This document shows positions 1-9,994 of a stretch of 64,000 nt of DNA, one piece after another (the first letter of the stretch is position 1; the number at the start of each line of letters is the position of its first letter). A model generated the notes under the pieces. That model worked only from the letters and a program-made list of their open reading frames with translations. It had not been told where the DNA came from and searched no databases. The translations under genes were made by a program, and so were the position numbers. The stretch comes from an uncultured Gammaproteobacteria bacterium (GTDB taxonomy: Bacteria > Patescibacteriota > Microgenomatia > CAZXEC01): positions 390,903-454,902 of the forward strand of contig CAZXEC010000001.1 of NCBI GenBank assembly GCA_964639595.1. The letters are read 5' to 3'.

Positions 1-1
1 G

Positions 2-520
2 GTTCAGGTTAAAAAAAAGTACGATCTGTCTGGTCAGTACTTTTTGTTTGTGGGTGTGGGTATGAGAAAAAATTTAGCAATGGCTCGAAAGGTGATTATA
101 GAAAAATTTAAAGATTACCAATTGGTGGTAGTTGGCGCTAACATTGAAGAGAGACAACCATCTACGATTTTTTTGAATAATGTTTCGGCTGCTGATCTGG
201 CAACCCTGTATGCTGGCGCTCAAGCCCTACTTTACATTTCCTTTTATGAGGGTTTTGGCTTGCCCTTGCTGGAAGCTATGGCGGTAGGTTGTCCGGTTGT
301 TGCTTCTGATATCAATGTACTAGCAGAAATTTCCGGCGGAGCGGCTGTTTTGGTTGACTCTTATGACGAAGATAGTATTGCCTCAGGTGCAAGAAAAGCC
401 ATAGACTGTAAAGATGAATTGATAAAAAAAGGCTTTGACAGAGCCAAACAGTTTTCTTGGCAGGTATCCGCTTGGCAAACGCTGCAGGCTTATACTGAAG
501 TGTTTCAAGGAGGCAGTTGA
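2..520 (+). CDS. Glycosyltransferase family 1 (GT4-type), C-terminal part; 5' end lies outside the window
   Basis: The frame is open from position 2 (VQVKKKYDLSGQYFLFVGVG...). It carries the GT1 C-terminal motif EGFGLPLLEAMAVGCPVVASD. The stop overlaps the next start (ATGA at 517). Confidence 0.7.
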   Translation, partial: VQVKKKYDLSGQYFLFVGVGMRKNLAMARKVIIEKFKDYQLVVVGANIEERQPSTIFLNNVSAADLATLYAGAQALLYISFYEGFGLPLLEAMAVGCPVVASDINVLAEISGGAAVLVDSYDEDSIASGARKAIDCKDELIKKGFDRAKQFSWQVSAWQTLQAYTEVFQGGS

Positions 521-1692
521 TGATTATTGGGATTGATGCCAATGAAGCCAATCAAAATCAAAAGGTAGGCATTGGCCAGTATGCTTACTGGATTATAAAA
601 AGCCTTTACCAGCTTGATACTAAAAATAGTTATTTGATTTACCTCAAAAATAAATTATTGTCAGGGATGCCCCAGGCCCGCCCCAATTGGCAATATCGAA
701 TCATCGGCCCATCTTGGTTGTGGACTCAATGGAGGCTGCCATGGTCGCTGATAGCAGATCGCCCCCAGCCTGATGTTTTTTTGTCCTTGACCCATTATGC
801 TCCCAGGTTTTGTCCGGTTCCCTTATTGGTATCAGTGATGGACTTATCCTACTTAGAATTTGGTGACTACTTTAAGAAATCTGATTTATATCAGCTCAAA
901 AACTGGACCAAATATTCAGTCGAGAGAGCAAACACTATTATCGCTATTTCCCAATCTACCAAAAATGACATCACCAAACATTACAAAATTGAGCCAGACA
1001 AAATTCATGTGGTTTATCCGGGATACGATCGGGAGAAATTTATGGTTGCCAAGAATGATGATAAATTACAGCAAATCAAGACTAAATATGGCATAGCCGG
1101 CCCATTTATTATATCAGTGGGAACTCTCCAACCCAGAAAAAATTACCTCAAATTGCTCGAGGCGTTGGCTAGGGTGAAGGGTGAAGGATTAAGGGTTAAG
1201 GGACAGGTAGGTCATTCCCTGTCCTCTTCCCCTTTTTCCCTTGACGCTTTACGCTTAGTGATTGCCGGCAAAAAAGGCTGGCTATATCATGATATTTTTA
1301 GCAAAGTCAAGGAACTTGGGCTGGAGAGGGACGTTGTATTTACTGATTTTATTGCTGATGATGATTTGGCTGTACTTTATAATTGCGCCCAAGCTTTTGT
1401 TTTAGTTTCTTTGTATGAAGGTTTTGGAATTCCAGTGGTAGAGGCGATGGCCTGCGGTTGTCCGGTAGTTGTTTCTAACATTTCCAGTTTGCCGGAAGTG
1501 TCAGGCGATGCCGGAATTTTGGTTGACCCCAACTCTGCTGATAATATTGCCCAGGGTATCATTGAGGCTTTAGATAAAAGAGAGGATTTATCAGCCAAAG
1601 CTTTAGTACAAGCTCAAAAATTTGATTGGCAAACTTCGGCCCGGCAAGTGCTACTGTTGCTGGAGGCAACCAGTAGGAACAAATCTCCTTAA
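517..1692 (+). CDS. Glycosyltransferase family 1 (GT4-type), carrying a ~25-aa in-frame insertion
   Basis: Motifs KNYLKLLEA...LVIAGKKGW and EGFGIPVVEAMACGCPVVVSN are present. The segment RVKGEGLRVKGQVGHSLSSSPFSLDALR (nt 1171-1258) is extra relative to the usual GT1 spacing. A GGAGG Shine-Dalgarno lies upstream. Confidence 0.8.
   Translation: MMIIGIDANEANQNQKVGIGQYAYWIIKSLYQLDTKNSYLIYLKNKLLSGMPQARPNWQYRIIGPSWLWTQWRLPWSLIADRPQPDVFLSLTHYAPRFCPVPLLVSVMDLSYLEFGDYFKKSDLYQLKNWTKYSVERANTIIAISQSTKNDITKHYKIEPDKIHVVYPGYDREKFMVAKNDDKLQQIKTKYGIAGPFIISVGTLQPRKNYLKLLEALARVKGEGLRVKGQVGHSLSSSPFSLDALRLVIAGKKGWLYHDIFSKVKELGLERDVVFTDFIADDDLAVLYNCAQAFVLVSLYEGFGIPVVEAMACGCPVVVSNISSLPEVSGDAGILVDPNSADNIAQGIIEALDKREDLSAKALVQAQKFDWQTSARQVLLLLEATSRNKSP
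1171..1258. repeat. GC-rich imperfect palindromic element (G-arm/C-arm followed by CTTGACGCTTTAC), copy 1, in frame within a GT1 gene
   Basis: GGGTGAAGGGTGAAGG...GGGACAGG/CCTGTCC...CCCCTTTTTCCCTTGACGCTTTAC. It shares order and core with the copy at 26371-26430. Confidence 0.45.
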
Positions 1693-1749
1693 CATTCTTA
1701 CTGCACTTGATCTTTGATCCCTCTATCCGAGTTAGGCTATAATTAGCTT

Positions 1750-2352
1750 ATGCAAATTTTCCGCGACAAGGCTGGCAGGCCGCTGACTTTTCCTCAAGCC
1801 ACCCACAAAGGTGCCTCCAGAGCGGCTAGTTGGTTTCTGGATTTGGAGTTGTTACTCTTAACATGGACTGGCCTTGTGCCTTTACATTGGTTCAGGCTCC
1901 TAGCGTATTGGCTGGCTGGTATTCAAATAGGGCAAGGGTCAAGGATCCACATCGGTGCCAAGTTTTTTAATCCCTCTGGCATTAAGATTGGCCGTGATAC
2001 TATTATTGGCGACAATGTTTTTTTAGATGGCCGAGCTCCCCTTACCATCGGTAACCATGTAGATATAGCTTCACAGGTGCTGATTTATAATTCCCAGCAT
2101 GATATTGATGATGATCAGTTTGGTGCTGTTGATGGGTTGGTAGATATCGGCGATTATGCTTTTATCGGTCCCAGGGCCATCATCTTGCCCGGTGTGCAAA
2201 TCGGCCAGGGGGCAGTGCTAGCAGCCGGGGCAGTAGTGGCAGATGATGTGCTGGCATTTACGGTGGTAGGCGGTGTCCCTGCTAAGTTGATAAAAGAAAG
2301 AAATTTAAAAGATCCGCACTATGTGTTGGGGAGAGCCAGGCTGTTTCAATGA
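1750..2352 (+). CDS. Hexapeptide-repeat (left-handed beta-helix) acyltransferase, WcaF/sugar O-acetyltransferase-like, with N-terminal membrane segment
   Basis: Tandem hexapeptide repeats are visible (IGDNVFLDGRAPLTIGNHVDIASQVLIYNSQHDIDD... IGPRAIILPGVQIGQGAVLAAGAVV). It sits within the glycosyltransferase cluster. Confidence 0.6.
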   Translation: MQIFRDKAGRPLTFPQATHKGASRAASWFLDLELLLLTWTGLVPLHWFRLLAYWLAGIQIGQGSRIHIGAKFFNPSGIKIGRDTIIGDNVFLDGRAPLTIGNHVDIASQVLIYNSQHDIDDDQFGAVDGLVDIGDYAFIGPRAIILPGVQIGQGAVLAAGAVVADDVLAFTVVGGVPAKLIKERNLKDPHYVLGRARLFQ

Positions 2353-2945
2353 ATAAATTGATTCAAGTATTTTGGTTGCCAAAATTCGATAATAAAAAAA
2401 AATCTTGGTCTTTATTAGCCCTATTACTTATTATATTACTTTATCTTCTTTTACCACCGCCTAAAGTTATAAGTTTGCCTGATGCTACAGTTTCTGATGA
2501 GCCTGGCGACACCATTCAAATTCAAGGAGTATCAGCTTATTTTACTAATATGACTCAAGAACAGGTGATTGATTATTATGGCCGGGAGTTTAGTCATTCT
2601 TCCTGGCTGGGGATAGCTATGCCAACTTTAGTATTTTCCAGGCCTGTTCAGGAAGCACACCAGTTTATCAATGATCAACTAATCACAACTTACCTTTTTG
2701 AATTTATCCACCCTTTCAGGGAATCTGTTTATGTTAATGGTTGGGTAGAGGGCAAACTGCCTCCGGTCTATAGGAGATGGATCAATCACTCCATAAATCC
2801 CAAGGGCATCCACTTTGACTCAAAAGTCACTGTCAGGCGGGTCGACTCCAGTCTGCTGGCTAGAGTTTTGGTAATGGTGGCGTCCCTCTACGGTATATTA
2901 ATGCTGGTTCGTATTACCAAAATAGTATTCTCCAATAAAATATGA
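2349..2945 (+). CDS. Hypothetical membrane protein (N- and C-terminal TM helices)
   Basis: The ORF is translationally coupled inside the GT operon. Hydrophobic segments LLALLLIILLYLLL and VLVMVASLYGILMLV are present. No recognisable catalytic motif. Confidence 0.4.
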   Translation: MNKLIQVFWLPKFDNKKKSWSLLALLLIILLYLLLPPPKVISLPDATVSDEPGDTIQIQGVSAYFTNMTQEQVIDYYGREFSHSSWLGIAMPTLVFSRPVQEAHQFINDQLITTYLFEFIHPFRESVYVNGWVEGKLPPVYRRWINHSINPKGIHFDSKVTVRRVDSSLLARVLVMVASLYGILMLVRITKIVFSNKI

Positions 2946-3856
2946 CGGATTTATCTATCATCGTAGTCAGTTTTAATACTAAAAAATTACTGGAGGAATG
3001 TTTAAATAGTGTTTTTGATGATGCCCATGCTACTTCTTTAGAGGTTTGGGTAGTTGACAATGCTTCCACTGATGGTTCTGTCGAAATGGTGACACGGCGG
3101 TTCCCGCAAGTAAAAATTATTAAAAACGATCAAAATTGGGGATTTGCCAAGGCCAACAATCAAGCCATAACCAAGACCAGCGGCAGGTATATACTACTCC
3201 TAAACTCTGATACTGAAGTATTAGATGGTGCAATTGACAAAATGATCTTGTGGATGGATGCTCATTTACAGGTGGGTATATCTACCTGTCAACTGCTCAA
3301 TAGCGACCAGTCAATTCAGGCCTCTGGAGGGTTTTTCCCGACTATACCCAGGCTAATTTGTTGGATGTTATTTTTAGATGACTTGCCTGTTATCGGTAAA
3401 TTAATCAAGCCTTTCCATCCCCATTCTCCGGATTTTATATTTGCTGATGATCTGTACAATAAAGAGCATTTTCAGGATTGGGTCACAGGAGCTTTCTTTA
3501 TGGTGCGACGCGATGTGGTTGATAAAATAGGTATTCTGGATGATAATTTTTTTATGTATGTGGAAGAGATGGAGTACTGCTATAGAGCCAAACAAGCAGG
3601 TTTTGAGATTGCCTACGTTCCATTTGCCCAAATCCTCCATCATGGCGGAGGCAGTTCCGGCTTCTCGTCCAGAAATGCTATAGTGGGGGAGTATAAAGGC
3701 CTGGTGTATTTTTACAAAAAACATTTTTCTTTTTACACAACTGCCATTTCCGTGATATTTCTAAAATTAGGTGCAATTTTAAGATGGCTGATTTGGGGAG
3801 TTGCTTTAGGCCGCAAAGAAGCAAAGGAGGCTTATGGTCAAATCATATTTGGCTAG
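2942..3856 (+). CDS. Glycosyltransferase family 2
   Basis: N-terminal GT2 signature: IIVVSFNTKKLLEECLNSV...VVDNASTDGS...LLNSDT, with a DxD-type region. Confidence 0.75.
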   Translation: MTDLSIIVVSFNTKKLLEECLNSVFDDAHATSLEVWVVDNASTDGSVEMVTRRFPQVKIIKNDQNWGFAKANNQAITKTSGRYILLLNSDTEVLDGAIDKMILWMDAHLQVGISTCQLLNSDQSIQASGGFFPTIPRLICWMLFLDDLPVIGKLIKPFHPHSPDFIFADDLYNKEHFQDWVTGAFFMVRRDVVDKIGILDDNFFMYVEEMEYCYRAKQAGFEIAYVPFAQILHHGGGSSGFSSRNAIVGEYKGLVYFYKKHFSFYTTAISVIFLKLGAILRWLIWGVALGRKEAKEAYGQIIFG

Positions 3857-5270
3857 TTTGAATCTTGCCAACTGGTTAGTGGTAATTTTGTTAATATTTA
3901 TCCCGCTTTATCCCAAAATTCCCTTGTTCACAGTGCCGGGAACTTATGTCGCAATAAGGATTGAAGACTTCTTGATTATGGCGTCGTTTTTATTTTGGTT
4001 ATCCCTTTGTGGCGGGTTTAAGAAGCTTGGCCAAAACGATACACATTGGGCCATTTGGGCGTTTTTGGTGATTGGTATCATATCACTGTCTAGTGCTGTG
4101 TTGGTTACTGCGAGCATTGCTCCTCACCTGGGATTATTGCATTTCTTAAGAAGGGTTGAGTACCTGTTGCCTTTCTTAATGGTGGTGGGCAGCCTGACCA
4201 ATATCAAACAACTGGTAGCTTACCAGGTCGTTTTATTTACCGGTGTAGTAGGGGTTTGTTTGTATGGATTTGGGCAGAAATTTTTATCCTTTCCAGTTAT
4301 TTCTACCATGAATGAAGAGTTTTCTAAAGGTTTGATGCTTTCCTTAACCTCCAATGCCCGGGTCAATTCCACCTTCGCCGGCCATTATGATTTGGCAATC
4401 TACCTGGCGATGATGATTGTCTTAGGAATCAGTATCCTCTTGGCGCCAACGACTAAATCCATAAAAATTATTTTAAGTGCTGTTTTATTCCTATCTTTTG
4501 GACTGTTGTTGTTGACCGTTTCCCAGATTGCTTATCTGGCAACTTTTATAGGAGTTTTGTTTCTTCTGTATATGTACGGTAAGAAAAAAATAATTTTAGC
4601 ATTATTTATCGGTTCAATCATGATAGCCTTAGGCTTTGCTCCTTTAAGGCAGAGACTTCTAGACACGGCATTTGTTAACCTTAATTATTTTTCCAGCCGG
4701 TTTTTTGGCCAGTTGGTTAGCCCGCTGGTTGAACAGGAAGGCCAGCTTCCAACTGAAGCTCTGGTAACTTATCAGACAGTAGAAAAGTCCGCCACTCATT
4801 CATCCACTGTCGCTTCGGTTGCCAACATTAGTACACCTTTCGGACAACGACGCCCTGATTTGGGGGTAGTTTATTCTTCAGGAGTAAGATTTGATGTGGA
4901 ATGGCCAAGAGCCATAAGGGCCTTCTTGAAAAATCCACTACTCGGCACCGGTTATTCATCTTTAGGCTTGTCTACAGATAATGATTATCTTCGGGTTTTA
5001 GGGGAAGTTGGGTTACTGGGTTTTTGGGCTTTTTTGCTTGTGATTGCCAGCATTGCCAAAAAGGGTTGGGTAATGGTAAAAAGCCCAAATTGGCAGGTAA
5101 GAAGCCAGACGTTAGGATTATTAACAGTCGGGGTAGTGTTTTTTGTCGGGGCGATATTTATTGATGTTTTTGAAGCATCGAAAATTGCTATTATATTTTG
5201 GATGCTTGCTGGAATGTTAGTCGGGTTGTATAACTTAACAGTCAAGAATAACAACTGGCAAGATAATTGA
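3834..5270 (+). CDS. Polytopic membrane protein, O-antigen ligase/polymerase (Wzy_C)-like
   Basis: About 10-12 predicted TM helices with a large loop. Located within the GT cluster. Confidence 0.4.
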   Translation: MVKSYLASLNLANWLVVILLIFIPLYPKIPLFTVPGTYVAIRIEDFLIMASFLFWLSLCGGFKKLGQNDTHWAIWAFLVIGIISLSSAVLVTASIAPHLGLLHFLRRVEYLLPFLMVVGSLTNIKQLVAYQVVLFTGVVGVCLYGFGQKFLSFPVISTMNEEFSKGLMLSLTSNARVNSTFAGHYDLAIYLAMMIVLGISILLAPTTKSIKIILSAVLFLSFGLLLLTVSQIAYLATFIGVLFLLYMYGKKKIILALFIGSIMIALGFAPLRQRLLDTAFVNLNYFSSRFFGQLVSPLVEQEGQLPTEALVTYQTVEKSATHSSTVASVANISTPFGQRRPDLGVVYSSGVRFDVEWPRAIRAFLKNPLLGTGYSSLGLSTDNDYLRVLGEVGLLGFWAFLLVIASIAKKGWVMVKSPNWQVRSQTLGLLTVGVVFFVGAIFIDVFEASKIAIIFWMLAGMLVGLYNLTVKNNNWQDN

Positions 5271-5288
5271 CTATAAAAATGGCCTAGC

Positions 5289-6752
5289 ATGAAGAAATTA
5301 TTCATAAATTATTGGTTGATTTTGCTCTTGATTATTATTGCCGCCTTTTGGGTGCGCCAATACAGAATCAATATTCCTTTGGGGGATTGGCATTCCTGGA
5401 GGCAGGCAGATACTGCTGCTGTTTCCAGAAATTTTATCAAAGAAGGGTTTGACCTGCTGCATCCCAAATATGATGATATGTCTCCAGTATCCGAGGAATC
5501 ACTACCCAACCCGCAACATCTTCGCTTTGTAGAATTTCCTGTTTATAGTGCTTTGGTTGGTTTAATCTATGTGGCTTTGGGCCAAGTGGAAGTTATCTAT
5601 GGCAGGCAAACATCAGTAGTGTTTTCCTTATTTTCAATAGTATTTTTATATCTTTTGGTTAGGAAGTTTTTAGGCCAAAAAATCGCTCTGTTGTCAGCAG
5701 CGTTTTTTGCCTTCTTACCGTATAATATTTATTTTTCTAGAGTTTTTTTACCAGAGCCAATGATGATTTTTGCATCCCTGGCTGCTCTTTATTTTTTCAC
5801 TAAGTTTCTAGAGGTTGACATTAATACAGAGATCAATTTGCCCAAAACGGTATTTTTTATCTTGACAGTTATTTGTTTGGCTGTGGCATTTTTGACCAAG
5901 CCGTATATGCTTTATTTGGCTTTGCCAATGCTCTACTTGTCATACCATTATCAAGGTTTCAGAGTCTTTACCAATCCGTGGTTATATTTGTTAGCATTCT
6001 TATCGCTGGCGCCTCTTATGGCGTGGAGGTTATGGATCTTGCAGTACCCTGAAGGAGTCCCCAGAGCAGCTTGGCTTTTTAATGGTGATAATATTCGCTA
6101 TAAAGGGGCTTTTTTGTATTGGATAATTGGAGAAAGGCTAGGAAAGGAGATTTTGACAGTTGCCGGATTTGCCCTGGCTACTATTGGATCAGTTATTCGT
6201 CCAAAAACAGGGCAAACATGGGTTTTCCACTGGTGGCTGCTTGGGGTCATTTTGTATGTGATAATTGTGGCTCGTGGTAATGTGGAGCATGATTATTATC
6301 AAATTCCTTTGGTACCAATCCTGTCAGTAATGATGGCCAGAGGAGTGAATTTTCTGGTTTTTGATACAGGGCCATTGTTAGTTCGATGGATCTCAATTCC
6401 AGTGGCCATTTTCTTTATGCTTTTGACTTTTGCTTTGGGTTGGTATCAAGTCAGAGGATTTTATCAAATTAACCATGGAGAAATCATGCAGGCTGGGGAT
6501 GTAGCTCGCCAGATTTTACCAAAAGATGCCAAAGTCATTGCTCCTTATAATGGAGATACGGCATTTTTATATCAACTGGATCGTGTTGGCTGGCCTGTGG
6601 TCTACACTTCAATTGACGAGATGATCAAGCTGGGCGCGACCCATTATGTTTCAGTATCATATGACGCCCAAACCAATGAGATTATGAATAAATACCAAAT
6701 TATTCACCAGGCTTCTAATTTTGTCATAGTCGATTTGACGAAAACCAAGTAG
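5289..6752 (+). CDS. GT-C fold membrane glycosyltransferase, PMT/ArnT (GT39/GT83)-like
   Basis: The N-terminal loop HSWRQADTAAVSRNF resembles the PMT/ArnT-family Asp-containing first-loop motif. Multi-TM N-terminal half with a soluble C-terminal domain. Confidence 0.5.
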   Translation: MKKLFINYWLILLLIIIAAFWVRQYRINIPLGDWHSWRQADTAAVSRNFIKEGFDLLHPKYDDMSPVSEESLPNPQHLRFVEFPVYSALVGLIYVALGQVEVIYGRQTSVVFSLFSIVFLYLLVRKFLGQKIALLSAAFFAFLPYNIYFSRVFLPEPMMIFASLAALYFFTKFLEVDINTEINLPKTVFFILTVICLAVAFLTKPYMLYLALPMLYLSYHYQGFRVFTNPWLYLLAFLSLAPLMAWRLWILQYPEGVPRAAWLFNGDNIRYKGAFLYWIIGERLGKEILTVAGFALATIGSVIRPKTGQTWVFHWWLLGVILYVIIVARGNVEHDYYQIPLVPILSVMMARGVNFLVFDTGPLLVRWISIPVAIFFMLLTFALGWYQVRGFYQINHGEIMQAGDVARQILPKDAKVIAPYNGDTAFLYQLDRVGWPVVYTSIDEMIKLGATHYVSVSYDAQTNEIMNKYQIIHQASNFVIVDLTKTK

Positions 6753-6759
6753 TTTTTCT

Positions 6760-7953
6760 ATGAAGATTTTAATGATTACCCCCTATTTGCCATATCCCTT
6801 AGTATCAGGTGGCCAAATCAGAACCTATAATCTGCTAAAAAAACTCAAAGATAGACACGAGATCACCTTATTTGCCTTCATCCGTCGTCAGGAAGAAAGG
6901 CAACATGTCTCTCAGTTATCAAAATTTTGTCATAAGATAGTTTTAGTGGAAAGGCGGCCGGCTTGGTCGTTTTTCAATATTAGTATTGCCGGCTTTTCGC
7001 CCTTTCCGTTCATTATTGCCATCTACTACTCCAGGACTGTTAAGAAATTACTGACACAGGAATTAAAAGAGCGAGCTTATGATCTGATTCATGCCGAAAC
7101 GTTTTATACGATGCCTAATTTACCCCGATCAACTGTGCCGATTTTATTGGTTGAACAAACCATTGAATTTTTAGTCTATCAGCATTTTGTTGAGGAACTA
7201 AAAATTTTCTTCTTAAAACCACTGCTGTACCTTGATGTATTAAAAATTAAATTATGGGAAAAGTACTTCTGGCAAAAGGCCAGTCGGGTAGTGGCGATGT
7301 CTCAAGCAGACCAAGAAATTATGAAGCAGACCTCGCCAGGCCTGCAGGTGGATATTGTTCCCAATGGTGTTGATATAGAATTTTTTTCCAGCCAACATAA
7401 AGAAGAAGAGTCGCCCCCCATGATTTTATTTGTTGGCAATTTTAGTTGGTTACAAAACAGAGAAGCCGCTGTAGTGCTGGTTAAAGAGGTTTGGCCATAC
7501 ATTAAAAAGGAAATTCCCGAAGCCAAAATTTGGATTGTAGGCAGGAATCCCAGCGATTCTATCAAGAAATTAGCCAGCGATTCCGTAATTGTCGATGAAT
7601 CGCAAGAAGACATCAGACAAGCGTATAGAAGAGCGAGTATTTTAGTAGCGCCTATCAAAGGCGGAGGTGGAACTCGGTATAAGATTTTAGAAGCTATGGC
7701 ATCAAGGTTGCCTGTTATTACCACTTCCATAGGTATTGAAGGCCTGGATGCCAAGGATGGCAGGGAAGTTATCATTCGCGATGATGCAAAATTAATTGCT
7801 CAAGCAACTGTTGAATTATTAAAAGACAGGACAAAATACCAACAAATTGCCGATTCTGCTCACCTGTTTGTTGCTCAGAAATATAACTGGTCTAATATTG
7901 CCAATAAGCTTGATAGGATCTATCAGGAGGTAGCCAGTGGAAGGGATGCGTAA
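6760..7953 (+). CDS. Glycosyltransferase family 1
   Basis: C-terminal GT1 motifs: GGGGTRYKILEAMASRLPVITTSIGIEGL. The N-terminal half has a GT4-like fold. Confidence 0.75.
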   Translation: MKILMITPYLPYPLVSGGQIRTYNLLKKLKDRHEITLFAFIRRQEERQHVSQLSKFCHKIVLVERRPAWSFFNISIAGFSPFPFIIAIYYSRTVKKLLTQELKERAYDLIHAETFYTMPNLPRSTVPILLVEQTIEFLVYQHFVEELKIFFLKPLLYLDVLKIKLWEKYFWQKASRVVAMSQADQEIMKQTSPGLQVDIVPNGVDIEFFSSQHKEEESPPMILFVGNFSWLQNREAAVVLVKEVWPYIKKEIPEAKIWIVGRNPSDSIKKLASDSVIVDESQEDIRQAYRRASILVAPIKGGGGTRYKILEAMASRLPVITTSIGIEGLDAKDGREVIIRDDAKLIAQATVELLKDRTKYQQIADSAHLFVAQKYNWSNIANKLDRIYQEVASGRDA

Positions 7954-8842
7954 GTTAGCAGTAGTGATTGTTAACTATAAGGCGGGAGACATTCTCCAGG
8001 ATTGCTTAGAAGCTCTCGTAAGACCACAAACTAACCTTGATATGGAGATTTGGGTAGTTGACAATGCTTCCGGTGATGGCAGTCCGGCTATGATCAAAAA
8101 AAAGTTTGCCCAAGTGAAATTAATAGAGAACTCTAGTAACTTGGGTTATGCCAAAGCTAATAATATTGCCCTGAAGCAAATCGACGCCGAGTACGTGCTA
8201 CTTCTTAATCCTGACTGCGTCGTTGATGAAAATACTATATTTTTTATGCTGGGTTTTATGGACAAATACCCCAAAGTGGGCGCATCTACCTGTCTGGTGG
8301 TTTTGGCAGATGGTCAGATTGACTGGGCTTGCCATCGGGGTTTTCCTAGCCCTTGGGCAGCTCTGACATATTTTTTCGGGCTGGAAAGACAATTCCCCAG
8401 AGCCAAATTATTGAGCCAGTACCACCAAACTTATAAAAATCTTAACGAGATACACGAAATTGATTCACCATCAGGGGCGTTTTTTTTAATCAGGAAGCAG
8501 GTGATTGATCAAGTCGGCTTTCTTGATGAGGATTATTTTATGTATGGAGAGGACATTGACTGGTCGTTTAGGGTAAAACAAGCAGGATGGAGAATTATGT
8601 ATATTCCAGAAGTAAAAGCCACACACTACAAAGGTATTTCTTCAGGAATCAAACAACATTCACAGGAGCAATCAACAGCTGATGATGAAACTAAGGTAAG
8701 ATCGACCAAAGCATTCTATGAAGCGATGAAAATTTTTTATCGAAAACATTACCATTCCCGATACTTTTTTCTAGTTAATTGGTTAGTATACTTGGCTATT
8801 GATTATAAATTGAAAAAAGCTTTGTCTGAAATAAGGAATTGA
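7937..8842 (+). CDS. Glycosyltransferase family 2
   Basis: LAVVIVNYKAGDILQDCLEAL...VVDNASGDGS...LLLNPDCVV. An AGGAGG Shine-Dalgarno lies upstream. Confidence 0.75.
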   Translation: MEGMRKLAVVIVNYKAGDILQDCLEALVRPQTNLDMEIWVVDNASGDGSPAMIKKKFAQVKLIENSSNLGYAKANNIALKQIDAEYVLLLNPDCVVDENTIFFMLGFMDKYPKVGASTCLVVLADGQIDWACHRGFPSPWAALTYFFGLERQFPRAKLLSQYHQTYKNLNEIHEIDSPSGAFFLIRKQVIDQVGFLDEDYFMYGEDIDWSFRVKQAGWRIMYIPEVKATHYKGISSGIKQHSQEQSTADDETKVRSTKAFYEAMKIFYRKHYHSRYFFLVNWLVYLAIDYKLKKALSEIRN

Positions 8843-8851
8843 AAGATCCAT

Positions 8852-9994
8852 ATGAGAATTGGCATAGATGCTAGATTTTGGGGACCAGCAGGTACTGGTT
8901 TAGGTAAATATATAGAAAAATTAGTCCTTAACTTAGAAAAAACAGATCATCAGAATGACTATTTTGTTTTTTTAAGGAAAAATAATTTCGACCTGTTTGA
9001 GCCACGATCTAAGAATTTCCATAAAGTACAAGCTGATATTAACTGGTATAGCCTGGCAGAGCAATTATTTATGCCAGCTGTTATTAAAAGTGCCAATCTG
9101 GATTTGATGCATTTTGGGCACTTTAATGTACCGCTTTTTTATTTTGGCCGTTTTGTAGTCACAATTCATGACCTGATCAAAAGTGAATTTGCCCATAAGT
9201 CTGCCACAATCAGATCTCCGATCATTTATTATCTGAAGCATAAAGCCTACAATTTAGTTTTATCAAGAGCTATCTTATCATCTGCCAAGATTATCACTCC
9301 CAGCCAGTGGGTCAAAAAGAGAATCCTAGAAGAGTTTTCTGTGAACCCCGATAAAATAGTAGTTTGCTATGAAGCCACAGACGAAAAGTTACAGGATGAT
9401 GATCCAGACCCCCAAAAAATCAGCGAAACCCTCGATAGGTACCAAGTTTTAGGCCAGCAGTATCTTATTTATATAGGGAACATTTATCCGCACAAAAATA
9501 TTACTCGACTATTACAGGCGATCAAAATAATTGTTCAAAATCCAGCATTGTTTAATCTGAAGTTAATCATTGGTTGTCCGCGTGATGTTTTTTGGCAAAG
9601 ATTAGCTAGAGAGATCCTAGCTCTGGATTTGAGTCAAGTCATTATCACGCCCGGATATATACCGGCTGAAGATCTGGCTATCTTGTTCAGGTATGCCCAA
9701 GCTTACGTTTTTCCATCATTATCAGAAGGTTTTGGCCTACCAGGTCTTGATGCTATGCAGGCAGGTTTACCAGTTGTAGCATCAGACGCTTCATGCTTGC
9801 CAGAGATTTATCAACAGGCTGCACTCTATTTTGATCCGCTCTCGATTGATGATATAGCGGATAAAATAACCCAAATCCTGACAGATGAGAACCTACGTGG
9901 AAATTTAATCAAGGAGGGCTACAAAAGAGCTAAGCAGTTTTCTTGGAAGAAAATGGCTCAAGAAACTCTTGCGGTCTATCAAGATGTCATTTAA
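8852..9994 (+). CDS. Glycosyltransferase family 1
   Basis: SEGFGLPGLDAMQAGLPVVASDASCLPE near the C-terminus. Confidence 0.75.
   Translation: MRIGIDARFWGPAGTGLGKYIEKLVLNLEKTDHQNDYFVFLRKNNFDLFEPRSKNFHKVQADINWYSLAEQLFMPAVIKSANLDLMHFGHFNVPLFYFGRFVVTIHDLIKSEFAHKSATIRSPIIYYLKHKAYNLVLSRAILSSAKIITPSQWVKKRILEEFSVNPDKIVVCYEATDEKLQDDDPDPQKISETLDRYQVLGQQYLIYIGNIYPHKNITRLLQAIKIIVQNPALFNLKLIIGCPRDVFWQRLAREILALDLSQVIITPGYIPAEDLAILFRYAQAYVFPSLSEGFGLPGLDAMQAGLPVVASDASCLPEIYQQAALYFDPLSIDDIADKITQILTDENLRGNLIKEGYKRAKQFSWKKMAQETLAVYQDVI

Noticed and set aside
7302-7775. 157-aa minus-strand ORF
   Set aside because: Antisense within a well-supported GT1 gene. Low-complexity translation.
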